From the NCBI GenBank assembly GCA_965235115.1, contig OZ249441.1, forward strand, positions 15,066,001 to 15,130,000: DNA of 64,000 bases. Direction: 5' to 3'. The DNA is from Laetmonice hystrix. Its lineage: Eukaryota. The position numbers were made by a program, and so were the translations under genes. A model generated the notes under the pieces. The model saw only the letters and a program-made list of their open reading frames with translations. It was not told where the DNA came from and ran no database searches. This document shows positions 26,701-39,400 of the stretch, piece after piece (positions within the stretch are counted from its first letter, which is position 1; every line of letters begins with the position of its first letter).

Positions 26701-27354
26701 ACCACCTGATGGAATCATAAACGTGTCGTGTATTTCGACTTGTGTTTGTTGTTTACAAGTGAATACTTGGCCTGGTTCGAGGACTGGCCGGCCTACTGTG
26801 TGCCCTTACGACGCTCAGGGAACGCTAGCCTAGTAACGCCAGCCTAGTAACGCCAGCCTAGTAACGCTAGCCTAGTAACGCTAGCCTGGTGACGATAGTA
26901 ATATTAGGAAGGTCAGAGAGGTAAGGGGGAAACAAACGCAGTAATCATATTTGTTGGACCAGCACCCAAACAAATAATGATAATAAAAATGTTTTAAAAA
27001 AGTGTCCTTGGTGGAAAAGACAAGTCCTGATAGAAATCTGTGGTAGGTAAAATATAAAAAGGGTGGGGGACTTGGTAGTGTTCATGTACACATTTGATTA
27101 TCGGCCAAAGAATTTTTTTAAGGATTATTTTTAAAAAGCAACTCCTGAAAGGTCAAAGTCATTGCAGTTGGATTATTTTCTTCTTTCTCTCATCGGAAAA
27201 TATAGTAGAGAAGACAACAAGGTATAAAGTTTATCGTGGTTCAGGAGGAGGGGGAGATGAAGCTATTTGAAGCCGTCTTTTACCAGGCCTGAGGAACGCT
27301 GCCGCTCTGACGCAATGTTTTCTAACTTGGATGTCCGCCAAGAGTTCTTATAAG

Positions 27355-27426
<72 letters not shown>

Positions 27427-30400
27427 TACTTGGAGGTATACGAGACATGATAAAAACACATATTACGATGAAGTGGAGAATGAGTTTGTGTTCACGACAC
27501 CGTTGCCTGCCTACTTGAAGGTGTTTTGAACAGCATTTTGAGTTTGGGGGCTCATAAACTGACGACCAAAGTATCGACCCAGCGACCTGGCCATTCTCTG
27601 GGTCCTAAAGGTGCCAGACAATGAGTGGTTTCAATGAAGTATGCTGACATGGTATATTAATTGTTTGTAAACAATGTCTTGGCTTCATATTTTTACGATT
27701 ATCTGTGGCAAGAAAATTGCCGCCTCATTTTAATTGCATATGATATCGCATTATGAATAGTGATTTAAAATTTCATTTATATGTAGCTTGGTTCCCATTG
27801 TTTAGTTTCATTTCCTTTGCAGAGATTGTTTTTTTCTGTTATTTCTTTTCGTCGCCGACCGTTTTCTTCCAGCCCTGTCCATGTCCACGACCTCCCGACC
27901 CTGGTTTTGACCACTAAGTTTGAAGTTCTATGCACTTTTCAGTGTGTTAACGGCTGCAAGTTGTGGCGCGTGGCCCTCGACCAAACCTGTGTGGCCTCCT
28001 GCGTAAGTACCGCCACCTCCCGGCAGATTGAGGCAGCATGCATGGCCAGCAATCAGTGCACGTGGAATGTCCTTGAAATATTCGGCATGAAATATTTGCA
28101 TGCCGAATTGTTTCTCTCACTAAAGTCACACATAAATCTAACAACCTCCTCCCCTAACAACGCACCACCATTGAAGTAGCATTGTTTGACACGCCATGTT
28201 TGGAATTACTTCGTAAGATTTTTTATTTTTCTATATATATGATAATTTTTTGAGTGTGTTTTACATAGATGCATTTTGAAAAAGAAGTCTGGTAGCAAAA
28301 TGTAATTAAATACCTACAGTATAAGAGGGGGACTTTAAACTTCAGACATCACACTGCAAATGAAGCTGTAAACTTCAGTGGAGAACCTCATGGGAGAGCA
28401 AGACATGATTTTTTTTCTACACTGCAGTGAAAGGTATTTTTTTGTGGAGAAGGTTATCTCTGGGCGAACATGCCCGTAAAGCAGTGACTCTGGGCTTGAC
28501 TCGAGGGGTATGTTTTAGTGGTAGTAGTAGGTCAAAGAGAGAGAAGATACAGACTTAACAGACGGACCGGCTCAGACTGAGCCCTCTGTGACAGAAACCG
28601 TTTAATTAGGACACCTTCAGCCAGTCACTTCGCCATCACAGACACCTAACATACGATAGCTGTTTACATCCAACCAACGCAGAAAACAATCAGGTTTTTA
28701 TACACAAAGACAAGTCACGCCTGATTCCCATTTTATTCAATTCAGAATAAATGGAAGTCATCCAGCTCGCGCACACATACCGGGGTAATTTCCACTAATA
28801 GAATTATCAGTTGCAGTACATGTATATGATATGAACTTGCATTCTCTTTGGGTATTTTACCTAGTGGTTTTAAAAAGTTTGAAACTTATATTTTGTACGT
28901 GATATAAGTAAAGATAACTTTATTTAATGATATTGTAGGTATAGATCTTAGGAGGGGTAAAACATATATATCAGGCTGAATGGATACTTTTCACTCACAA
29001 ATAGTTGTAGTGTAATATGTTGTCCCAATATAATTCTTCATCCTGGTATGTTCAATAGATAGTGTCTCGTTTTTCCGTAGAATACCCCTACACATTTAGT
29101 GGCATGAATATTGTCAGATTAGAAGCCTAGTCAATAAAGATTTTGAATTGGGGTTTAGTTATTGTTTGTGTTTAGTTATTTTATTATCATTTTTTTAAAA
29201 TTTCGTCTAATATTTAATTACCATTCAGGTGAATGAATACATATTTATTGCCATATTTCAGGATCACCATGTTCGAGAGATGGGTCCATACTTGTAGCAA
29301 ACCAACACTTTGTTGGACAACGACATGATATCATTGTACATGTATAATAATGAAAGAGATATGCGGTATTATGTTGTATTCTGGTAGAAATGCCTCCTGT
29401 TCTGGGAAATCTGGGATTATTGTGGAGTAATCTCAAAACACCCCGCCCAGGTTCGGGTAAAGTTGAACTGAGGGTGTTTTAGATACCGTTCGTGCCCATA
29501 TCCTAATAAAGCACTCAGCAACCCTCGTCTACTGAAGTGAGCACGCGGTATACAACGTTCTCTCTTCCCGAGGTATACATTTTTCTCTGGGGGAGTACGG
29601 GTGTTGGGAGGGGGGGGGTAACAATTAATAAGAAGCTACAGGTCTCAGTATATCAGTGAGAAACCTCTCCATGTGAGAGTTCAGAGACTCTGAGAGCGGG
29701 TGACTTGGCAGGGAGATCAGCCAGCTGCGAGGTCACTCTTCCAGCAGACTAAGCACTGGTTGCCTCAAGTGGAAGGGACGGCCCAACTCTCAGCATTGCT
29801 GGGGGTCTCTCGAGGCCTCAGTCTCCATCGGCCTTGTTCACACGGGCATGCAATGTCAACACAGCCCAACGGCAATGTTTCCATTCAATAAGGCCTTCCA
29901 AATACTTCGGCATTTCTTTCTCCCTTTTTACTCCCTTTCTTCCTGACCCCACCCTTTTTTCTTAAATCATACAGGGTACAAAAAGGGCGTATACATATAA
30001 ACGTTGGGTGTGCGCGAGTACCGTTAGTGTTGAGGTTGTATGATGGTTTGAGGCCTAACGATGCAGACATAATTGCTGATATCCTGGGGAGGTGAGCGAG
30101 GGACGACTTGCTAACTGCCATTAGGCACTGAGGCTGAAAGGGTAACGGAGAGCTCGAGCGGTGGCGAGTCTAACAAAATGGCAATCAGCCACACTCATTG
30201 CTTTCTACAAAGTCAGCATGACATTGTGTGAGTCTGTGCACAAGTCAAATATTTGTTGCTCAAATATATCTGAATAACAAATTCAAGACCGAAGTAGTTG
30301 GCATGTGTATGTATCATAACTGTAGACTAGCAAGGGTGTGGGTGGTGGGTTAAGCCCCTTTTGGATGCTCAACCCTTGAAAGGTACCACTCTTCCGACAA

Positions 30401-33400
30401 ACAAAAGGAGAATATGTGTAAACTTACACAAGTTTACCCGAAAGTTGTTTCCTTAAACCATCTTGGAAATTATAATTACCTGGGGATTCGGGAAAATGAA
30501 GGTCAGATTTTTTATGAAACATGAGCTTTGGATATAAGTACATGTATATCTAAATGTAGAGTATACGTCTGTAAGTATATATTGACAGCATTAAGTGACT
30601 CTGTACCCTGGACTGACACTCTTATTTGATCTATGTGGTCTATGAACACTTTTCACCATTAAGAGAAACGCTGAATCCGTATGGAGTAGCTCACAAACTG
30701 ACATGTTTGTCGACTATAGTGGACAATGGTGGAAGATAAAAAAAGTGAGCCGGTTTTAGCTGATCTTGATGTGTTTCATACGACATGGGATTTAACAGGG
30801 GTGGGGTGGGGGGGGGGGGGCGGCTGGCTCAGATCAGGGCTGCCTTTTCACCTCCAGTCTCAGGGTGTTGTTTTTCACATTAGAAGGACCAGTTTTTAGT
30901 GACACTTCTTTCTTATACCAAATACAAGACTACAGAGGGCGATTTTTGAAATATCTATCCAACTATACAACAGTTAAGTTTCCATTAAATTTAGAGATAA
31001 TAAAATGCCCCTTAAGTTGAAATTCTTGAGATGGTTAACATGGAAAGTAAGTCAATTGAGGGCATGCTCAAGTTGATATTTCCTTTCACAAAATGTCAGT
31101 GGTCCAAAATGTTGCCGATAGATGGCGCGGGGTGGCACTGATGGCACGGGAACGGTACAGTGTGGGTGTCATGACTGATGCCCCCCGTGCCGGGGGGTCG
31201 GGGGTGTGGGGGGGGGGGTGTAGGGGGGTAGGGGGGCACTGTAGTTACGTATATGTGGGTATGTTCTCGATGTCAACAGTCGTTTATCATATTGTGCTTC
31301 TCTTGTAGAATAATGCCTCGAATGGCGACGCTCAGGACTCCGAGGTAAACTTCCGAATACTTAAATACTTTATCATGACGAGATAGACTCTTAACTTGTC
31401 CTTTATTTTTATATTGATTAATGAGTCGGGACGGACAGTTAAACGTTTAAAAAACAAGGAAGAACGTAGATGTATTGACGTAGGTTTTTCTGTCTATTTT
31501 TTCTTCTCTTTTTAATAATTTACCTTTTTGTGATGGTGTTGGTGTTGTGATTTAAGTGTCCTCATTCAGAAATAAATTATTTTAACACCAAGGAGTGAAG
31601 GTTGAGGATGTTTATAGGATTGACATTTAGATGAGGACAGGTAATGGCCATGTTCACTTTCATCGGTCCACTCCTGAGGAGTTCGTTGTGAGTTATGCAT
31701 ATCTGGCCATGTGTTTTTTGACTTTCAGGTTCCTATGTGTATGTTTGGCTGTCGCAAAGCTGTGGAAGTGTATGTGCAGAATATCGCAGGTCAGTCCCGA
31801 TCGTTCCATCCAGCCATTGCCATAGCAACCACCGTGACCCCCGGCCCCAAGAACCACAATATGAGGGAATACCCCGTGGTAGAAATGAGTTCCACGTGTG
31901 TTATGGTAACGGGGAATCTGCATGGTCGTTCCCCCACTCGAGACCCCCCGGCCCCCTCCACCCCCCGGGCCCCCACAATCCGCCCCCCCCCCCAAACAAC
32001 ATCCCCAACACCCCAGACCCCTCGCCCTCTGCACGCACTGACTGCATGTGGTTGGGAGCTGAGAAAACTAATTGTCTCCATCATAAATCGTGCTGCCTTC
32101 TTCACCTGTTTCCAACTCTTGTTGTCAGATTAGGAGTTTCTCAAATGGTGTGAGGAGAGATAAGAAAAATACATTACCATGTAAAGTGTCAGTTTACTGC
32201 TGAGTCCAGAGTGATTCAGACTCATCCAGGAGCGTCCACCTGATTTCTTATAGAGAAATCAAGCCGAGAATAAACCACATGGTTTATATGAGACCCATGT
32301 ATAACATATATATATTTATGCCCGTTTTAAAGACATCCAAAACAAATAGATTAAATCATTAAAGTTGTATGCCCATGAAAAATGGCGTAATTAAGTATAT
32401 GAACTGTGTAAATGTTTAAAATTGTACGGCTTGAATGTCACATTAAATTATGTAAGCGTGATATGCAATATAAGAATTAGCTCCGCGTAAACAAGTAGGC
32501 CTACTTGTCTTCTATTAGCCACCTACATAGGCCTACAGAATACCAGAATGACAAGGGAGGGGGAAGTCCCACCTAACTCGATGGTCATTACTCAACTTTT
32601 CCTGGTACACACTGACTGTGCTGACTCATCATTCAGCCGACTATTGTTGCGCAATACATGTAGTTTAGTATTGATTTATGTCGTAACCAACGTGAGTTAG
32701 CCGGCCCTGCCGTTTAAATACTGGAATCGTCAGAGAGTGGACATTTCGCAAAATTATCATTTGGACCTTTCGCGTCCGTCTATTTGTCAAAATTTCAAAC
32801 TGTTCCCATTTTTCAATTTCCTAATGGAGTAGTGATTTTCGCGTGCTTATAGTTTTCACGAAAGATATCTCCCTTTCCCATTTTTACGCGAAATTTCCAT
32901 CTTGCCCAAACCCCCACGAAAATTTCGCGATTTACAGTAGACGTCGAGTGCGAGGAATAGGCGTACATGTAAAATATATAGATGCGTGCCGGCGTACTAA
33001 AAACTAGTTGTCGGTCGTGGGGTTAGGGGGGTGAAGATGGAATGAATGTGTCGGGGGGATTCCCCGGGACTTGATGTGGTCGGCTGGGGGTGAGTACAGG
33101 AGGGAAGGTGGGGCGTAGTGACACACAGGTGTGTGCGGGGCCTCGTAACCTTCATCATCACCGGGGTCGGTTGTGGTGGTGGTGGCTACCCGGCCCTGTC
33201 GATGGTGGCGGCGGGCATGGCGTTACGAGAGACAAGGGTGCCACCCGGCCCGTCAACCCGTCAACAGTCACCGGCATGTCTCGACTTACCCGTATCTTTA
33301 TTAGTGGTCACGTGGGAATAGATCACTGGAGGCCCACAGGACCACTCCCCAGTCAGGTCTCCCCCCCCCCCACATATAACATCACAGAATATTTGTCCAG

Positions 33401-36400
33401 TATTTGTCATTGATATCGTACAGAAAGTGACAATAGGCCTACCTTAAATTTTTAAATAAATATGACCCGAGGTATGATCCTGCTTCTTTTCTTTTGAAAA
33501 GCATCTTTCTTTTTAGTCTACCTCTCTGTTACTTGTAGTGGTTAGTACTGACTTTGTTGCAGACATGCTTACTTACATAATACAGGAGTCATTACATACA
33601 TGTACATTGTACTACTCATATTGTTTAATGTTACTTAGCGGTTGTAATATATTGGTGTGAATCTACCTGTATTTGAAAAACAAACTTTGAAAGTTAAACT
33701 GGTATGCATAAAGTCTGTTCGGATTTAATGACAGCCAGTTCTGCATGCCTGTCCCTTGTAAATCCCAGCGCTTTGTGTTTGTGTACGAACAGTGTTTATT
33801 TGGAAAGGTCAGCTGGCGGCTGAGATGATAAGAGACCATGTGGCCGACACATGGGGGCCGTATAGTGGTCAGCCCATGTCAACAGTCGCTTCAGTTTCGT
33901 ATCTTTATGTAAAAGCCGCTCTATGAGCATTTTTGATAAAGCAAAGTGTTAGGTAATGTAGGAAAAGAGTATCTCTTGAGGGTTTCTAGTTTTTTTAATT
34001 TTTTTGGTTGCAAATTTTGCTTTTCAATCCACTATTAACCATAACAGTTTTTTTTCGGAAATGACAATAACAAAATGTCAGCACAGATACCACTATTACT
34101 GTGCCATTTCTGGGTGATTTAGGCTTAGGGAGTTTCAGCAACAACATTTTCAATTGAGCACCCCTGGCTCAGACCTGAATAATTTCTCTGATTGCAGTTA
34201 AGTTGGGTAACTTGCCGAGCCCGGTACTGAAGGTACTTGGTAACACGTCCGTAGAGTTACAGTGGCAGGAGAGAAGTATTACAAACGTGACGTACAGACT
34301 ACAGCGTATTTATACGAAACTGTCGGAGGACGAGTGGCATTACCATGACGACGTACAGTGGCTGCCAGCTCGCCGCATCCGTGTCACAAATCTCCATCCA
34401 TTCACCTCGTATAGAGTAAGTACATTCTTCTCCCAACTACGAGTATATTATGGCCTTCTGGTGTAGGTTATATACTGCAGGGGATGGCCAGTACTCGGGG
34501 TCGTTTCTCCGCACAAGTGTGAAAAAAAGGTACTGGATCAGTTTAGGTATTTCGGTAGAAATTCGCGGGGAAGTGGAAGAGGGCCCACTGAAATTATATA
34601 CATGTACATTTTGTACGTTGAAATGTAGGTCGGTAAGTTAGACCAGTCCTCCTTTGGAGGGTATGAATTAAATGGAACCTTATATCAAAAGAATTAATAA
34701 CTATATGCATTTGAAAACGAAAATGTTATAATTTGAAAAGAGCATCATGATTTTGACGATGCTGATTAAGAACATCAAGGAAACTTTTTTCATAAAAAGT
34801 ATTGGAGCCTATATACACAAGGTGACAGTACATGTGTACTGCAAAAGTCGGTCTGTGCTGGCGTACAGTTAAAAGGTCGGAATATCTCACCCAGCGCCGA
34901 GATATGATGATATGCTCAATTATTGCCGCTCAAAATTATTTACGTTAAAGGCAAACAGGAAGCAGGGGTTGTGGGAGGATCGGTTTCAGGGGCACTCAGG
35001 GTTGGGAGTGGGAGGAAGGGCAAGGATCAGACAGCGGGATGCGATGGTCGGGGGTGTTGGTGGGGTTGAGGGGTTGGGGTTGCATCTGTCTCCAATCCCC
35101 CCAGCACACTTCACATTGGTGTCGCCGGTGTGCTAGGATTCCAGTGGTCCCCCCGGGTATGGGTGGCGTATGACCCGACCAGGTCAAGTCTCCACTTGGA
35201 TGGCCTTGCCAACCAGATGCTGCCCAAGTGACAATGCTTTTATTCGGGAGAAAGAACCACAAAGACGGAAGCCCCCCTAGAGGGGCATTTATTGAAGGTT
35301 GTAGAAATGCAAATATGGTACTGCGCGTGTGGCATATGTGTGGGGTTTGTCCCGGAATGTTGGCCGTAAGGATGACATCCTGCAGCCACGCGCTATAGGT
35401 GCGGTGCTAACAGAGATGGGTTTGAACTTTTTTTCTGCATTTTTCCCCACTTTATAAACACAGATGTTATCATAGATAATGAAAGTCAAGCTTAAACACA
35501 AGGGGCTGCACTCCTGGGAAGGTTTATGAAAAATAAAGCTTTCTTTTTTGAAAAATAAAACCACAATATGTTTTAGTGTACTTTGACATAAGTGAGAAAT
35601 CTGACAAGCTGGATTATGTTTCAGTTCCGAGTTGTTGTGGGAATATCCAATGTACAAAATCTGACAAGCTGGATTATGTTCCAGTTCCGAATTGTTGTGG
35701 AAATATATCTAATGTACAAAATCTGACAAGCTGGATTATGTTTCAGTTCCGAGTTGTTGTGGGGATATCCAATGTACAAAATCTGACAAGCTGGATTATG
35801 TTTCAGTTCCGAGTTGTTGTGGGGATATCCAATGTACAAAATCTGACAAGCTGGATTATGTTTCAGTTCCGAGTTGTTGTGGGAATATCCAATGTACAAC
35901 AGCTACAGTCCAAACCAAGTCACCCCATTGTCACTAAACCATCAGGGGGTAAGGAGTCTCTTAAGTACATTCTTAAGTATATGAAACATATAAAATGTAA
36001 AACATATAAAGAGTTAGACACCCTGCAATACCGGAATAATATGTAACCGATACAGCAATGTCGATCCATAAACATTTGACTTTCCATTATGCGAATCAAC
36101 AGTTCCTAGTTCGGGGGTCATGTTTCAAATTTACTGCTAAAGCGCAGATTAGCTTTAGCTTAGCTAACGTTTAGCTATAAACGTGAGTTTGAGCGGTGAA
36201 TTTAGACTCAAACCCCCGCCAGAAAACCGTACCCCGAGTAGTTCTCAGTCAGGGTAGATTATGTTGTTTCCACTTCGATCAGTGCATGAATGAAAACCGA
36301 TATTTTCCTCAGTTCCGTCCGGGGCCCCGCTCATCACCGACATCATCAGCATGAGTTCGTCCATCCACATTAAATGGACGCCGCCGTTCTTTGTGAACGC

Positions 36401-39400
36401 GCCCCTACTGCCGTACAAGGTAACGCTAAGTTCGGCGGCGGGGGCGGGAGGTGGACACGGATCGACACAGCAGGTAATGGACGTCAAGTCGAGCCGGTCC
36501 CAACAACAGGAGGTAACAGCCGTGGTTACAATGCTTAAACCCGGCACTGAGTACTCGATCAGTGTGGCCGCCAGGAACAGGTTCGGCCTCGGTCCGGAGG
36601 TGACCAACACTATTAGGACGAAAACCGAGGAGCAGAGTGAGTAGTGGACATAACGCATTGTAAGCTTAACGCTTGTTGGATCCGGTGGTTCAAAACAAAA
36701 GGCTTAAGATTCTGCTTCAGCCTCAGCTTAGAGCTTCCGATTAGCTCATCAATCGTAGGGAAAAACGTGTAATTACATTACTGATATAGTTGTGTAAAAA
36801 CTGTCGTGTAATCGAACGACGACGGGCCAATTATGGTATGGTTGGCCATGATGGTATTATTGCATCTGATTGGCTTTATCGTTGGCCGTGGGAATGTATG
36901 TATGTATGTGTATGTATGTACACGTTCCCTCTTTCGATATGACTTTAAGGTTCTGTGCAATCCTTCGGGCAATTAAAATATCCGTTTTATATGCAAAAGA
37001 AGGTGTAAATGATTTTTATAAATGACATTTTGTTTCTCGGTTTTGCCTAGATTCAGGTGTACGCGCTTACCTGATCCTTGGGGCCAACCACTCCGTACGA
37101 AAACAAGACATCGCTAACAAGTCGGGCAAGGACCGGATTTATGACGCTCAGCGGGGTAACATCAACGGTAGGAATTCACATCGTATAACTTATTAATAAC
37201 ACGATATCTGACAATGGCCTACCACTCGTATGTGAGTCTGTCATTTTGTGGCGTTGTGATGCTGCATTATTCTACAGAGTCCTTGGTCCCTGCTAGTTCC
37301 GATTTGACCAATTCGGACTGTTGCTGGTTGTTGTTATGTCTGTTTGGCGCGCCATAACTATCTAGACTGTCGCCACGTCTCCTTGGTCACAAACATCTTG
37401 TATCACGGCTTGTGTTAATTAATCAATCAATCAATCATTACTCCCCCACTCAACCCTCCATATCACATGGATTTCAACATGTCGTATAACCCCTCATAAA
37501 ATCCTCTCCCTTGGATTCACACACTTGCTGACCCCAGCGACACCTGCCTTTATTTGAGTGTCAGCCTTGGCCAAGATCTTGCCGTCCTTTGTGTTACTGC
37601 TGTTGTCATGCTATCATACCACTCCTGGTGACTTGTTGTCAAAGCATGGACGTGCCACCTGTCAATCAGAAAGTGGTAACCCCCTCATTGGATTATTGCC
37701 ATCATGTCGGCCCCATCTCCAAGACAAAGACCACTACCAGTTAACCATTGACCTTCTCCTACTCCCAGGGGTGTGACATTTTGACAGCTGTCTAATGAAA
37801 ACAGAGGGCAACCTTTCTTAACCTATGAAATTATTTTCAGGCCTAAAATAGGGGGAGGTCAGATTTCTGGGATAACTTCCTCAACTGCGTTCCACTTCTT
37901 TTTTTTCTCTCTTGGAAATATTGGAGGTTCGGCGCAGCAGGGAGCAAAATGTGGCAGTAATTTGAGGTGCACGTTTACTGGTTCAGGATGTCTTCATTAG
38001 TGTTGCAAATAATGGAATCGCAGTTGGAGTTAGCGTTGAATGAACTAAAGATTTACTTGAATCGCAGTTGGAGTTAGCGTTGAATGAACTAAAGATTTAC
38101 TTGAATCGCAGTTGGAGTTAGCGTTGAATGAACTAAAGATTTACTGGAATCGCAGTTGGAGTTAGCGTTGAATGAACTAAAGATTTACTGGAATCGCAGT
38201 TGGAGTTAGCGTTGAATGAACTAAAGATTTACTGGAATCGCAGTTGGAGTTAGCGTTGAATGAACTAAAGATTTACTGGAATCGCAGTTGGAGTTAGCGT
38301 TGAATGAACTAAAGATTTACTGGAATCGCAGTTGGAGTTAGCGTTGAATGAACTAAAGATTTACTGGAATCGCAGTTGGAGTTAGCGTTGAATGAACTAA
38401 AGATTTACTGGAATCGCAGTTGGAGTTAGCGTTGAATGAACTAAAGATTTACTGGAATCGCAGTTGGAGTTAGCGTTGAATGAACTAAAGATTTTTATTA
38501 TTATTATTTTTTTTATTATTTCACATTTACAGTCGACTTGTATAAATTCATGTGACATCGAACCATTCTCTCGTCCTGGACTTATGTTGAGCACCCAAGT
38601 GTGTGTCATGTATGATTGGGGCGGGTGGGTGGGGGTGGCCCCTCTACTGTACGCTGGACACTGCGAGTTCTGCCCCCCCCCCCCCAAAAAAAAAGGAATT
38701 TACCCCCCCCCCCTCCACTGGATCGGGACCCTGGTCCAAGTCGGTACTCGCGAATCTCCACAATGTGCATGATTGATCACCTCTGTGAATCCCGAGCGAC
38801 CTGATTGATCACCTCTGTGAATCCCGAGCGACCTGATTGATCACCTCTGTGAATCCCGAGCGACCTGATTGATCACCTCTGTGAATCCCGAGCGACCTGA
38901 TTGATCACCTCTGTGAATCCCGAGCGACCTGATTGATCACCTCTGTGAATCCCGAGCGACCTGATTGATCACCTCTGTGAATCCCGAGCGACCTGATTGA
39001 TCACCTCTGTGAATCCCGAGCGACCTGATTGATCACCTCTGTGAATCCCGAGCGACCTGATTGATCACCTCTGTGAATCCCGAGCGACCTGATTGATCAC
39101 CTCTGTGAATCCCGAGCGACCTGATTGATCACCTCTGTGAATCCCGAGCGACCTGATTGATCACCTCTGTGAATCCCGAGCGACCTGATTGATCACCTCT
39201 GTGAATCCCGAGCGACCTGATTGATCACCTCTGTGAATCCCGAGCGACCTGATTGATCACCTCTGTGAATCCCGAGCGACCTGATTGATCACCTCTGTGA
39301 ATCCCGAGCGACCTGATTGATCACCTCTGTGAATCCCGAGCGACCTGATTGATCACCTCTGTGAATCCCGAGCGACCTGATTGATCACCTCTGTGAATCC

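Noticed and set aside
29435-29480. Imperfect hairpin aaaacaccc…gggtgtttt
   Set aside because: Too short and bulged for a pre-miRNA call, with no Helitron or terminator context
32716-32939. Tc1-like MITE end (…aaaatttcgcgatttacag|ta)
   Set aside because: Matching left TIR not found convincingly
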